Positions 10,075 through 18,975 of a stretch of DNA of 64,000 bases are shown piece after piece (position 1 is the stretch's first letter; the number at the start of each line of letters is the position of its first letter). The DNA comes from Candidatus Velesiimonas alkalicola (GTDB lineage Bacteria > Omnitrophota > Gorgyraeia > Velesiimonadales > Velesiimonadaceae). The position numbers were made by a program, and so were the translations under genes. Under the pieces are notes generated by a model that did not search any database, had not been told where the DNA came from, and was given only the letters and a program-made list of their open reading frames with translations. The stretch is from positions 36,817 through 100,816 of the forward strand of contig NDHX01000001.1 of the NCBI GenBank assembly GCA_013626165.1, written 5' to 3'.

Positions 10075-12093
10075 ATGGCAGAAAATAGCGTGATATCCAT
10101 CGTTGGTCACTTCGGGGTTGGAAAGACAAGTCTTTCGGAACAGATTCTTTTTGCCTCAGGAGCAATACAAAAATGCGGTTCTGTGGGTCAAGGCAATACT
10201 GTTAGTGATACAGACCCTGAGGAAATATCAAGAAAAATATCAATAAATGCAAGTGTTCTTCATTGCCAGTATAATAACAGAAGGCTTTATTTTATAGATA
10301 CACCAGGTTTTACTGATTTTATAGGTGAAACCATATCAGGTTTATCTGTAAGCACCGGTTCTATTATTGTGGTATGCGGCGTGAACGGTCCCGAGGCAGG
10401 AACAGAAAAGGTGTGGGGTCTATGCGACCAGAAGAACATCCCGAGGATTATATGTATAAATAAGTTTGATAAAGAAAATTCGGATTTTGTAAAAACAGTC
10501 AGCGCTATTCAGGAGATGTTGGGCAAAAAATGTGTTCCAATTCAAGTGCCGGAGGGCAAGGAGGCAAATTTTAAATCAGTGTTAGACCTTGTTTCTGATG
10601 TAACTGATAAGAAAAATGTCCAAAAATTGAAAGACCAACTTGTTGAAGCAGTTGCTGAAAGTGATGATACACTTGTTGAAAAATATCTTTCCGAAGGAGC
10701 GCTAACAGAAGATGAGTTAAAAAAAGGGCTCCGGGATGCTGTAAAAAAGGCAATTTTATTTCCTATACTCTGCGTTTCTTCTGAGAAACAGGTAGGAGTC
10801 CAAGAATTGTTGAACGCGGTTTCAGACCTTTTGCCTGTTACAGGTCAGACGCAAGAAGTGTTGGGTAAAAATCCGATAAATCAAAACGATGAAAAACGTT
10901 CTCCTTCGGAAGACCAACCCTTCTGTGCCCAGGTTTTTAAAACAATCTCGGACCCATATATCGGTCAGTTAAGTATAATGAGGGTGTATTCGGGGAAAAT
11001 TGAAGCAAACAGCAGTTTTTTTAATTCAACAAAAAGTATGAAAGAAAAGTTTGGTGCGCTATACCTGCTTCAAGGCAGACAACAGATTGACACAGTCAAT
11101 GCTGTATCAGGTGATATTATTGCAGTTGCTAAACTAAAAGATACAGCAACGGGCGATACACTTTGTGATGAAAAATCGCCTATAGTACTTCCGCAAGTTC
11201 TATATCCTGAGCCTATAGTATCTTTATCCATTCAGCCCAAGACAAGGGCGGATGAAGAAAAAATATCTATTTCTCTGGCAAAAGTTGCGTTAGAAAATCC
11301 GACAGTTCGCGTTGTAAGAGATTCTCAAACAAAAGAACTTCTTTTAAGCGGTCTCGGGGATTTGCAGATTGAAATAATTATAAATAAATTGAAAAGACAA
11401 CATGGTGTTGAGGTTATTGCAGGCATACCCAAGGTGGGATATAAAGAAACAATAACCGCAAAAGCAGATGCGCATTATAAACATAAAAAACAAAGCGGAG
11501 GCGCCGGTCAGTTTGGAGAAATTTGGTTAAGAGTAGAACCACTATCCAGAGGAAGTGGTTTTGAATTTGCAGAAGAGATATTTGGAGGTGCAATCTCGGC
11601 ACAATTTATTGCAAGTTGTGAGAAAGGGATAAGGAGCGTACTTGATAAGGGAGTAATTGCAGGATACCCGGTGGTTGATGTAAAAGCGGCTGTATACGAT
11701 GGTAAGATGCACCCTGTTGATTCAAAAGATATTGCATTTCAGATTGCGGCCCGTCAAGCGTTTAAGGAGGCATTCAGAAGCGCCAAACCGGTACTTCTTG
11801 AACCTATTATGGAAATGGAGATATCTGTTCCGGGTGATTGTATGGGTGCGGTTACGGGTGATATAAGTGGAAGAAGAGGCAGAATCCTTGGCGTTGATGT
11901 AAAAGGCAATCTCCAGATAGTTAAGGTAGCAGTGCCTCTTGCAGAGGTTTTAAGATATGCAAGTGAACTTCGTTCAATGACACAGGGCAGAGGTTCATAT
12001 GCAATGAAGGTCAGTCACTATGAAGAAGTTCCGCAAAGAATTACACAGTCTATTATTGAAAAATTGTCCAGGGTCAAGGAAAAGGAGGAGTAG
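10075..12093 (+). CDS. Elongation factor G-like translational GTPase (EF-G paralog with divergent G1 motif)
   Basis: 672 aa with the five-domain EF-G architecture. G2 DTPG and G4 NKFD are present. G1 reads GHFGVGKTS instead of the canonical AHIDAGKTT. Confidence 0.8.
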   Translation: MAENSVISIVGHFGVGKTSLSEQILFASGAIQKCGSVGQGNTVSDTDPEEISRKISINASVLHCQYNNRRLYFIDTPGFTDFIGETISGLSVSTGSIIVVCGVNGPEAGTEKVWGLCDQKNIPRIICINKFDKENSDFVKTVSAIQEMLGKKCVPIQVPEGKEANFKSVLDLVSDVTDKKNVQKLKDQLVEAVAESDDTLVEKYLSEGALTEDELKKGLRDAVKKAILFPILCVSSEKQVGVQELLNAVSDLLPVTGQTQEVLGKNPINQNDEKRSPSEDQPFCAQVFKTISDPYIGQLSIMRVYSGKIEANSSFFNSTKSMKEKFGALYLLQGRQQIDTVNAVSGDIIAVAKLKDTATGDTLCDEKSPIVLPQVLYPEPIVSLSIQPKTRADEEKISISLAKVALENPTVRVVRDSQTKELLLSGLGDLQIEIIINKLKRQHGVEVIAGIPKVGYKETITAKADAHYKHKKQSGGAGQFGEIWLRVEPLSRGSGFEFAEEIFGGAISAQFIASCEKGIRSVLDKGVIAGYPVVDVKAAVYDGKMHPVDSKDIAFQIAARQAFKEAFRSAKPVLLEPIMEMEISVPGDCMGAVTGDISGRRGRILGVDVKGNLQIVKVAVPLAEVLRYASELRSMTQGRGSYAMKVSHYEEVPQRITQSIIEKLSRVKEKEE

Positions 12094-12095
12094 AT

Positions 12096-12857
12096 ATGTC
12101 CGGTCATTCAAAATGGGCTACAACAAAACATAAGAAGGCAGCAGTAGATGCAAAGAGGGGACAGATTTTTACAAAAGTTATAAAAGAGATAACAACAGCG
12201 GCCCATCAGGGAGGCGGGAACCCTGATGCAAATTCCAGATTAAGAACTGCTATTGATAGGGCACGTGCTGCAAATATGCCAAAAGATAACATTGAGAATG
12301 CAATTAAAAAAGGGACGGGTGAACTGCCCGGTGTTACATATGAAGAAATAATATATGAATGTTTTGGTCCTCAGGGTATAGCAATTATGATAGAAGCACT
12401 TACAGACAATAAAAACCGTTCAACAGCAGAGATAAGAACTATTCTTTCAAGAAGGGGCGGCCATATTGGTTCTCAGGGTTCCGTAAGCAGATTATTTCAT
12501 AAAAAAGGATTTTTTCTTATAGACTCAAGGGTTGCAACCGAAGAACAGATAATGTCCGTTGTTCTTGAAGCAGGAGCAGAGGATTTGACAAAAGAAGATG
12601 GAGATATCTTTCAGGTAACCTGCGCCATTTTAGATTTTGAAAATGTGAAAAAGGCATTACAATCTGCAAACATCCCTGTGCTTTCTGCTGAAATAACAAT
12701 GCTTCCTGTCGCAACCGTAAGGATAGAGGATAAGAATACAGCCTCTTGTGTTCTTGGACTTATGGATGCACTTGAAGCCCATGAAGATGTTCAAGAAACA
12801 TATGCAAATTTTGATATCCCTGACAGTCTTATAAAAGAAATAACAGGAGAAAGATAA
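12096..12857 (+). CDS. yebC: YebC/PmpR-family transcriptional regulator
   Basis: N-terminus MSGHSKWATTKHKKAAVDAKRG is the YebC signature. Classic position upstream of ruvC. Confidence 0.9.
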   Translation: MSGHSKWATTKHKKAAVDAKRGQIFTKVIKEITTAAHQGGGNPDANSRLRTAIDRARAANMPKDNIENAIKKGTGELPGVTYEEIIYECFGPQGIAIMIEALTDNKNRSTAEIRTILSRRGGHIGSQGSVSRLFHKKGFFLIDSRVATEEQIMSVVLEAGAEDLTKEDGDIFQVTCAILDFENVKKALQSANIPVLSAEITMLPVATVRIEDKNTASCVLGLMDALEAHEDVQETYANFDIPDSLIKEITGER

Positions 12858-12860
12858 CAG

Positions 12861-13334
12861 ATGCGTATTGCAGGTATTGACCCGGGCCTCTGTATAACAG
12901 GATATGGTATAGTTGAAAAAAAAGCCCATCAGCTACATCTTATTGATGCGGGGACTATACGAAATCCTGTTAGTTTCCCTCTTGAAAAAAGATTAAAAAG
13001 ATTGTTTGAGAATGTAGATATCTTATTTAAAGACCATAAGCCTGATGTTGTAGTAGTAGAAGAAATTTATTCTAACTATAAATATCCCTATACAGCGGTT
13101 CTTATGGGACATGCAAGAGGAATTATATATCTTGCATCAGCAGTCAATAGCATACCTGTGCACAGTTTTAAACCCACACATGTAAAAAAAGCAGCCACAG
13201 GCAACGGTCACGCATCAAAAGAACAGATAGCAGGTGCTATATGTTCAATATTCGGTATAAAGAGGTTTAAAGGATTTTTTGATGTTACAGATGCACTGGC
13301 ACTTACGGTTGCATATGAGCATCGGGTTCGGTAA
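12861..13334 (+). CDS. ruvC: Holliday junction resolvase RuvC
   Basis: MRIAGIDPGLCITGYGIV N-terminus with the catalytic Asp, 157 aa. Confidence 0.9.
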   Translation: MRIAGIDPGLCITGYGIVEKKAHQLHLIDAGTIRNPVSFPLEKRLKRLFENVDILFKDHKPDVVVVEEIYSNYKYPYTAVLMGHARGIIYLASAVNSIPVHSFKPTHVKKAATGNGHASKEQIAGAICSIFGIKRFKGFFDVTDALALTVAYEHRVR

Positions 13335-13336
13335 AT

Positions 13337-13432
13337 AGTAGGTAGAAGGTGGTAAGTAGTAGGTAGGAGGTAGGAGGTAGGAGGTAGTAGGAAATAAAAT
13401 CCCTATCTACAGTCTACTATCTACTACCTAAT
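13337..13432. repeat. Hairpin-forming GTAGG/TAGG-rich inverted-repeat element (copy 1)
   Basis: AATAGTAGGTAG(AAGGTGGTAAGTAGTAGGTAGGAGGTAGGAGGTAGGAGGTAGTAGG)...CCTATCTACAGTCTACTATCTACTACCT. The arms are reverse complements. A related copy lies at 29866-29990. Confidence 0.7.
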
Positions 13433-13469
13433 ACGATATACGGACAATGGAATTTAGGAGGATAATGGA

Positions 13470-14186
13470 ATGTATATATTTTTAATCTTTCTATTCTTGG
13501 TATTTGTGATATTCCCGTTTTTTTTCTTTTTTTATATTGCTATATTTTTAAAAGATGATATACAGGCTTGTTTTGAAAGAGACCCTGCCGCAATAAGTTT
13601 TTATGAGGTTTTGCTTACATATTCAGGGCTTCATGCGGTTGCATTCCACAGGATTGCTCACAGTTTATATATAAAGAAAATTCCGTTTTTACCAAGACTG
13701 ATTTCACAGATTGCAAGACATGTTACCGGTATAGAAATACATCCACTTGCAAGTATCGGAAAGGGATTGTTTATAGACCATGGGATGGGAGTTGTAATAG
13801 GTGAAACCTCTGTTGTGGGGGATAATGTTACACTATATCAGGGAGTTACGCTTGGAGGAACAGGGAAAGAAAAGGGGAAAAGACATCCTAATATTGGCAA
13901 TAATGTTGTAATAGGAGCGGGTGCAAAAATATTAGGAAACATAACCATAGGCGATAATGCGTTGATAGGTGCAAACAGCGTGGTAATAAAAGATATAGAT
14001 GAAAATTGCACGGTTGTAGGAGTTCCTGGCAGGATAGTAAGAAAAGGTGATGAAAGAATTTCTTCGCTTTTCCTTGACCATACTGCTTTACCTGATCCTA
14101 TCGTTGAAAGACTTGAGGAATTACAGAAAGAGATTATTAAGGTAGAGAGCATGTTAAAGGAAAAAAAAGAACATACAGACCGATAA
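13470..14186 (+). CDS. cysE: Serine O-acetyltransferase
   Basis: SAT N-terminal ERDPAA motif and left-handed beta-helix hexapeptide repeats ([20 protein letters not shown]...). The first ~25 residues are hydrophobic and T-homopolymer-rich, so the true start is uncertain (possibly GTG downstream). Confidence 0.8.
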   Translation: MYIFLIFLFLVFVIFPFFFFFYIAIFLKDDIQACFERDPAAISFYEVLLTYSGLHAVAFHRIAHSLYIKKIPFLPRLISQIARHVTGIEIHPLASIGKGLFIDHGMGVVIGETSVVGDNVTLYQGVTLGGTGKEKGKRHPNIGNNVVIGAGAKILGNITIGDNALIGANSVVIKDIDENCTVVGVPGRIVRKGDERISSLFLDHTALPDPIVERLEELQKEIIKVESMLKEKKEHTDR

Positions 14187-14590
14187 GGTTAAAAAACTCT
14201 TAGATTGTAGATGTTATTAGCAAAATGAATTTGAGCAGTCTAATTTTACTATAATCCCCGATGTCAAATAACAAATGTCAAATCAATCCTGTTAGAGAAC
14301 TTAATATCTATAAACACTTTTGGCATTAAGTAGATCTCTGACAGGGTTCAGGGTCAAATGCTTAAATGTCAAGGGTTTTAGTCATTTGAGATTTGTCATT
14401 TGTCATTTGAGCTTTGGAATTTGGATTTATGTAAAAACTCAAAAAGAAAACCAAGTACTCATTTTCATCTTGCATACGACCTGCTGCATAGTAGAGGATA
14501 CAATGTTCTTTTTCAAGATAACTATGTAGAAAATGGTGTGCTTAATTATTGCAGGTAATCGGAAAAGAAATTCCACAGGAGGGGGGTAAG

Positions 14591-14728
14591 ATGAGTAAGT
14601 GCCCAAATCAGGAAAGAAATAAAAAGAACTGTCCGTGCACATATGAACCCTGTGACAGGAAAGGGATTTGCTGTGAGTGTCTCGCATATCATAGAAAATT
14701 AGGACAGAAACCTGCGTGTATGAAGTAA
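14591..14728 (+). CDS. Small cysteine-rich protein (45 aa, 8 Cys), possible metal-binding protein
   Basis: [45 protein letters not shown], with a strong RBS (GGAGGGGGG) 5 nt upstream. It is below the 60-aa cutoff of the ORF track. Confidence 0.5.
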   Translation: MSKCPNQERNKKNCPCTYEPCDRKGICCECLAYHRKLGQKPACMK

Positions 14729-14865
14729 AAAATAAGGAGGTTCTGGAGTGTCAGTTTGTAACCACATCTTGAGTCCAGAACATATAATTTATACACTATA
14801 TTGACAAAATGTTTATGGCTTGATAGGGTAATAGCTAATATCTGTGCATAAAAAAGGAGGAGAAG

Positions 14866-15498
14866 ATGGCAGATCTAAATGCGATTAAGGAAAGCCTTAT
14901 CGCGGGAAAGGCAATGGAAGTAAGGACCCTTGTCCAGAAAGCACTGGATGAGAAGGTGCATCCTCAGAATATCCTTAACGAAGGACTTATTGCTGGGATG
15001 GATGTGGTAGGGGTAAAGTTCAAGAATAATGAGTTTTATATCCCTGAGGTTCTTATTGCTGCACGCGCTATGAATGCAGGGTTAGTTCCATTAGAACCGG
15101 CGTTAAAAAAGGCTGGTGTCCAACCACTGGGAGAAGTTGCAATAGGAACTGTAAAAGGAGACCTGCATGACATTGGAAAAAATCTTGTTGTTATGATGTG
15201 GAAGGGTGCCGGTTTTCAGGTTAATGACCTTGGTATAGATTGTCCACCTGAAAAGTTTATAGAAGCGGCAAAAAAGGGTTCACAGTTAATTGGAATGTCA
15301 GCTCTTCTTACAACAACAATGCCGGCAATGAAGACAGTAGTGGATGCACTAAACAGTGCCGGTTTAAAGGGTAAGGTAAAGACATTAATCGGTGGCGCAC
15401 CTATAACACAAAATTATGCAGATGAAATAGGTGCAGACGGATATGCACCAGATGCAGCCTCAGCAGCCGATAAAGCAAAAGAGTTACTTGGAATATAG
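14866..15498 (+). CDS. Corrinoid (cobalamin-binding) protein of methyltransferase systems (MtbC/MttC/MtgC-like)
   Basis: B12-binding helical cap domain plus Rossmann B12-binding domain with a DxHxxG motif (GDLHDIGKN), 210 aa. RBS AAGGAGGAG upstream. Confidence 0.85.
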   Translation: MADLNAIKESLIAGKAMEVRTLVQKALDEKVHPQNILNEGLIAGMDVVGVKFKNNEFYIPEVLIAARAMNAGLVPLEPALKKAGVQPLGEVAIGTVKGDLHDIGKNLVVMMWKGAGFQVNDLGIDCPPEKFIEAAKKGSQLIGMSALLTTTMPAMKTVVDALNSAGLKGKVKTLIGGAPITQNYADEIGADGYAPDAASAADKAKELLGI

Positions 15499-15829
15499 GG
15501 TAAAAGATTTAAAAAATTAAACGACCCGCTATTGTGGGTACCCCGAAGTCAAATTCCAAGCGCCACACCCAGAGGGTGTCCAAAATCCCAAAACCCTCAA
15601 TTCCGAAGTTTGTAATTTAAGATTTGAAAATTGAGTATTGTTTGGTTATTGTAATTTAGTTATTGTTTGGTGTTTCAGGCACCTTCTGGGTGTGGGATTT
15701 GTTCTAATTTTATGACACCTGATACATTATTTGTAATGATATTTGATTTTTGATATTTTAAAAAGGGGCTGGGCTTTTATAGAATAGACTCTTTCAGACT
15801 CGGTCCCTTTTTCATTTGATGGTAAATAT

Positions 15830-16675
15830 ATGGCTTTATTTGGAAAACCTAAATACACAATAGTAAGGCTAAGAAAAAAAGAAATTCCAAAAGGACTTTG
15901 GACAAAATGTCAGAACTGTCAGGGTATGATTTACAATAAAGACCTTGAGGATAATCTTATGGTATGTCCGAAGTGTAATTATCACTACACAATTGGGGCA
16001 AGAGAAAGAATAAGATACACTGCAGATGATGGGACATTTCTTGAGCAGGATACAGACATGGAGTCAAAGGACCCCCTTGATTTTAAGGGTCCAAAAACAT
16101 ATCAGGAAAAATTAAAAGCAGATCAGACTCTTACAGGTCTTAAAGAGGCTGCAATATGGGGATTATGCAAAATAGAAAATACCGAAACTGTTCTTGCTGT
16201 TACAGACTCCCGTTTTATTATGGGCTCTATGGGTTCTGTTGTTGGGGAGAAGATTACAAGGGCAGTTGAAAAAGGTATAGATAAAAGGCTTTCTGTTGTT
16301 ATAATCTCTGGCTCAGGAGGAGGTGCCCGCATGCATGAGGGAATGTTTTCCTTAATGCAAATGGCAAAAACAAGCACTGCAATTGCGAAACATAGCGAGG
16401 CAGGGCTTTTTTTTATTTCTGTTCTTACAAACCCGACAATGGCAGGGGTTCTTGCAAGTTTCGCATCACTCGGTGATATAATAATTGCAGAGCCAAAAGC
16501 ACTTATAGGTTTTACAGGACCAAGGGTTATTGAACAAACCATACACCAGATTCTTCCTGAGGGTTTTCAAAGGTCAGAATTTCTTCTTGAGCACGGACTT
16601 ATTGATATGATAGCAGAAAGAAAAGACTTAAAGCACACAATAGGAAGAATACTTAAATATCAAACACTAACATAG
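15830..16675 (+). CDS. accD: Acetyl-CoA carboxylase carboxyltransferase beta subunit
   Basis: N-terminal C4 zinc finger (CQNCQG...CPKCNYH) followed by the carboxyltransferase domain. Confidence 0.9.
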   Translation: MALFGKPKYTIVRLRKKEIPKGLWTKCQNCQGMIYNKDLEDNLMVCPKCNYHYTIGARERIRYTADDGTFLEQDTDMESKDPLDFKGPKTYQEKLKADQTLTGLKEAAIWGLCKIENTETVLAVTDSRFIMGSMGSVVGEKITRAVEKGIDKRLSVVIISGSGGGARMHEGMFSLMQMAKTSTAIAKHSEAGLFFISVLTNPTMAGVLASFASLGDIIIAEPKALIGFTGPRVIEQTIHQILPEGFQRSEFLLEHGLIDMIAERKDLKHTIGRILKYQTLT

Positions 16676-16760
16676 TGCTGTGTCAACTAATTGAGCCCTC
16701 GGAAGAAAATAGAGGAAAAAACTCCCAGAGTGCTCAGTTAGTTAAAAATTAAGGAGAAAT

Positions 16761-17783
16761 ATGCGCATTGGTATAATGGGTATAAAAGGTTATGCAGGGG
16801 AAAAACTGTTGAGGATTTTAATAAGACATCCTGATGTCCAGGTTAGTGCGCTTTCTTCAAGGGTAGGAGAAAAAACACCCATATCAGATATATTCCCCTG
16901 GGCAAAAGGCATTTTAGATGATCTGTCCTGTGAAGATTACACCGCTGAAAGGATTTCAGAGGTTGCAGATATTGTTTTTCTTGCTCTGCCGCACAGAGCA
17001 TCTATGGATATTGCATATAAGATTCTTAAACTGGAAAAAAAGGTTATAGACCTAAGTGCGGATTTCAGGTTAAAGAATATTTCAAAATATGAAAAATATT
17101 ATGAAAAACATAAATACCCCGAACTTCTTAAAAAAGCGGTATACGGTCTTCCTGAAATTTATAGAAAGCAAATTTCAAAAGCAGATCTTGTTGCAAATCC
17201 AGGATGTTATCCTACAAGTATAATACTTGCGTTGGCTCCTATTGCGGGGGGCGAATTTTTAGACAAAAACAAATGTATAATTATTGATTCCAAAAGCGGC
17301 GTAACAGGTGCTGGAAAAAATCTGAAAGAAGAACTTCTTTTTGCACAAGCCAATGAAAACATCAAGGCATACAGTGTTAATTCTCACCAACACACACCGG
17401 AAATAGAGCAGGAACTATCTTACCTGGCAGGTTCTGATATTTCAATTGTGTTTGTCCCGCATCTTGTTCCTATGAATAGAGGAATACTTTCTACCGTTTA
17501 TGTTCCGTTAAAAAAAGATGTTGATGAATTTACACTTAAATCTTCATACAGGGATTTTTATAGAGGCGAACCCTTTGTTCGTATCAGGTCTGCCCCTGAT
17601 TATCCGGAGACATCAGATGTTTTTGATACAAACTTCTGTGATATATGTGTGGCTTTTGATAAGAGTAAAAATCTTGCAATAGTTATAAGTGTAATAGACA
17701 ATCTTTTAAAGGGAGCATCCGGGCAGGCTGTTCAGAATATGAATATTATGCTTGGGTGTAATGAAAAAGAAGGATTGCTATGA
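16761..17783 (+). CDS. argC: N-acetyl-gamma-glutamyl-phosphate reductase
   Basis: Active-site region LVANPGCYPTS and a semialdehyde dehydrogenase fold, 340 aa. Confidence 0.9.
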   Translation: MRIGIMGIKGYAGEKLLRILIRHPDVQVSALSSRVGEKTPISDIFPWAKGILDDLSCEDYTAERISEVADIVFLALPHRASMDIAYKILKLEKKVIDLSADFRLKNISKYEKYYEKHKYPELLKKAVYGLPEIYRKQISKADLVANPGCYPTSIILALAPIAGGEFLDKNKCIIIDSKSGVTGAGKNLKEELLFAQANENIKAYSVNSHQHTPEIEQELSYLAGSDISIVFVPHLVPMNRGILSTVYVPLKKDVDEFTLKSSYRDFYRGEPFVRIRSAPDYPETSDVFDTNFCDICVAFDKSKNLAIVISVIDNLLKGASGQAVQNMNIMLGCNEKEGLL

Positions 17784-18973
17784 AAGGGATTACAAAGCCT
17801 AAAGGTTTTTTTTCATCTGGAATATCTTCTGGCATAAAAAAGAAAGAAAAACTGGATCTTGCACTTATATATTCTGAGGTTCCCTTTTTTGTTTCGGGTG
17901 TGTTCACTAAAAATTCATTTAAAGCCGCACCGGTATTATATTGTATGGGTATTGTAAAAAAAGGGACAGCACAGGCTGTCATTATAAACAGTGGCAATGC
18001 AAACTGTGCAACTGTGGATGGCGATAAAGATGTTGTAAGAATGGCTGAATATGTTGCAGGTAGCCTTTTAATATCAAAAAAAGATGTTCTTGTATGTTCA
18101 ACAGGGGTTATAGGAAGAAAGATTCATCTGAAAAAAATTGAAAGAGCAGTTCCTGAACTTGTATCAAGTATAAGCAAAAAAGGCTCCAACGCTGCACTTG
18201 CCATCATTACAACAGATAAGGTCCCAAAAGAGGTTGAAAGGAGTTTTAAGATAGGTTCAAGGGTTATAAATATAGGTGGTATGGCAAAGGGTTCGGGTAT
18301 GATTGCTCCGGATATGGCTATGCCTTCTGCTACACTGCTTGCATTTATCACAACAGATGTAAATATAGGTTTAAGTGCCTTAAGAAAAGCAACCCAGTAT
18401 GCTGTGGATTGTTCTTTTAACAGGATAAGTGTAGATGGCAGTATGAGCACCAATGATACTGTTCTTGTTATGGCGAATGGTCTGGCTGGCAACAAAAGGA
18501 TGGACGAAGGTAAAGATTTTGAAACTTTCAAAAGGGAACTTACCCTTGCTATGCAAGAACTTTCTAAAAAGATTGTTAAAGACGGGGAAGGTGCCACAAA
18601 GATTATTAAGATATGGGTAAAGGGTGCCTATTCAGAAAAAGATGCTTATCTTGTTGCAAAAAATGTTGCAAACTCAAACCTTGTAAAAACCGCAGTATAT
18701 GGTTCTGACCCAAACTGGGGAAGAATTATATCTGCTGTTGGCTCAAGCACATCAAAGGTTGACCCTAAAAGGTTAAGTCTATGGATAGACAAAATACAGG
18801 TGTTTAAAGACGGTGCGCCTGCAAATTTTAAGATAACAGATGTAAGAAAAGAGTTTAAGAAAAAAAATATAAGTGTGTATATAGACTTGGGGATTGGGAA
18901 TTATTCGGACTTTTTCTGGACCTGTGACCTTACAGAAGAATATATAAGAATAAACTCATCCTATACAACCTGA
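17780..18973 (+). CDS. argJ: Bifunctional ornithine acetyltransferase/N-acetylglutamate synthase
   Basis: ArgJ family with ATLLAFITTD around the self-cleavage Thr. Overlaps the argC stop. Confidence 0.9.
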   Translation: MKGITKPKGFFSSGISSGIKKKEKLDLALIYSEVPFFVSGVFTKNSFKAAPVLYCMGIVKKGTAQAVIINSGNANCATVDGDKDVVRMAEYVAGSLLISKKDVLVCSTGVIGRKIHLKKIERAVPELVSSISKKGSNAALAIITTDKVPKEVERSFKIGSRVINIGGMAKGSGMIAPDMAMPSATLLAFITTDVNIGLSALRKATQYAVDCSFNRISVDGSMSTNDTVLVMANGLAGNKRMDEGKDFETFKRELTLAMQELSKKIVKDGEGATKIIKIWVKGAYSEKDAYLVAKNVANSNLVKTAVYGSDPNWGRIISAVGSSTSKVDPKRLSLWIDKIQVFKDGAPANFKITDVRKEFKKKNISVYIDLGIGNYSDFFWTCDLTEEYIRINSSYTT

Positions 18974-18975
18974 AT

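Noticed and set aside
13470-13545. Poly-T-rich hydrophobic N-terminal extension of CysE as a signal peptide or phase-variable tract
   Set aside because: Serine acetyltransferase is cytoplasmic. The extension more likely reflects an over-called start (a GTG downstream is possible). I could not support a contingency-locus interpretation from the sequence alone.
14187-14590. Possible cobalamin riboswitch upstream of the corrinoid protein
   Set aside because: I looked for the B12-box consensus (approximately AGYCMGGAAGRCCKGC-like core) and found nothing resembling it. Only AT-rich repeats are present.
18124-18597. 157-aa minus-strand ORF within argJ
   Set aside because: Antisense to a well-supported ArgJ coding region, with no RBS and low-complexity S/L/I composition.
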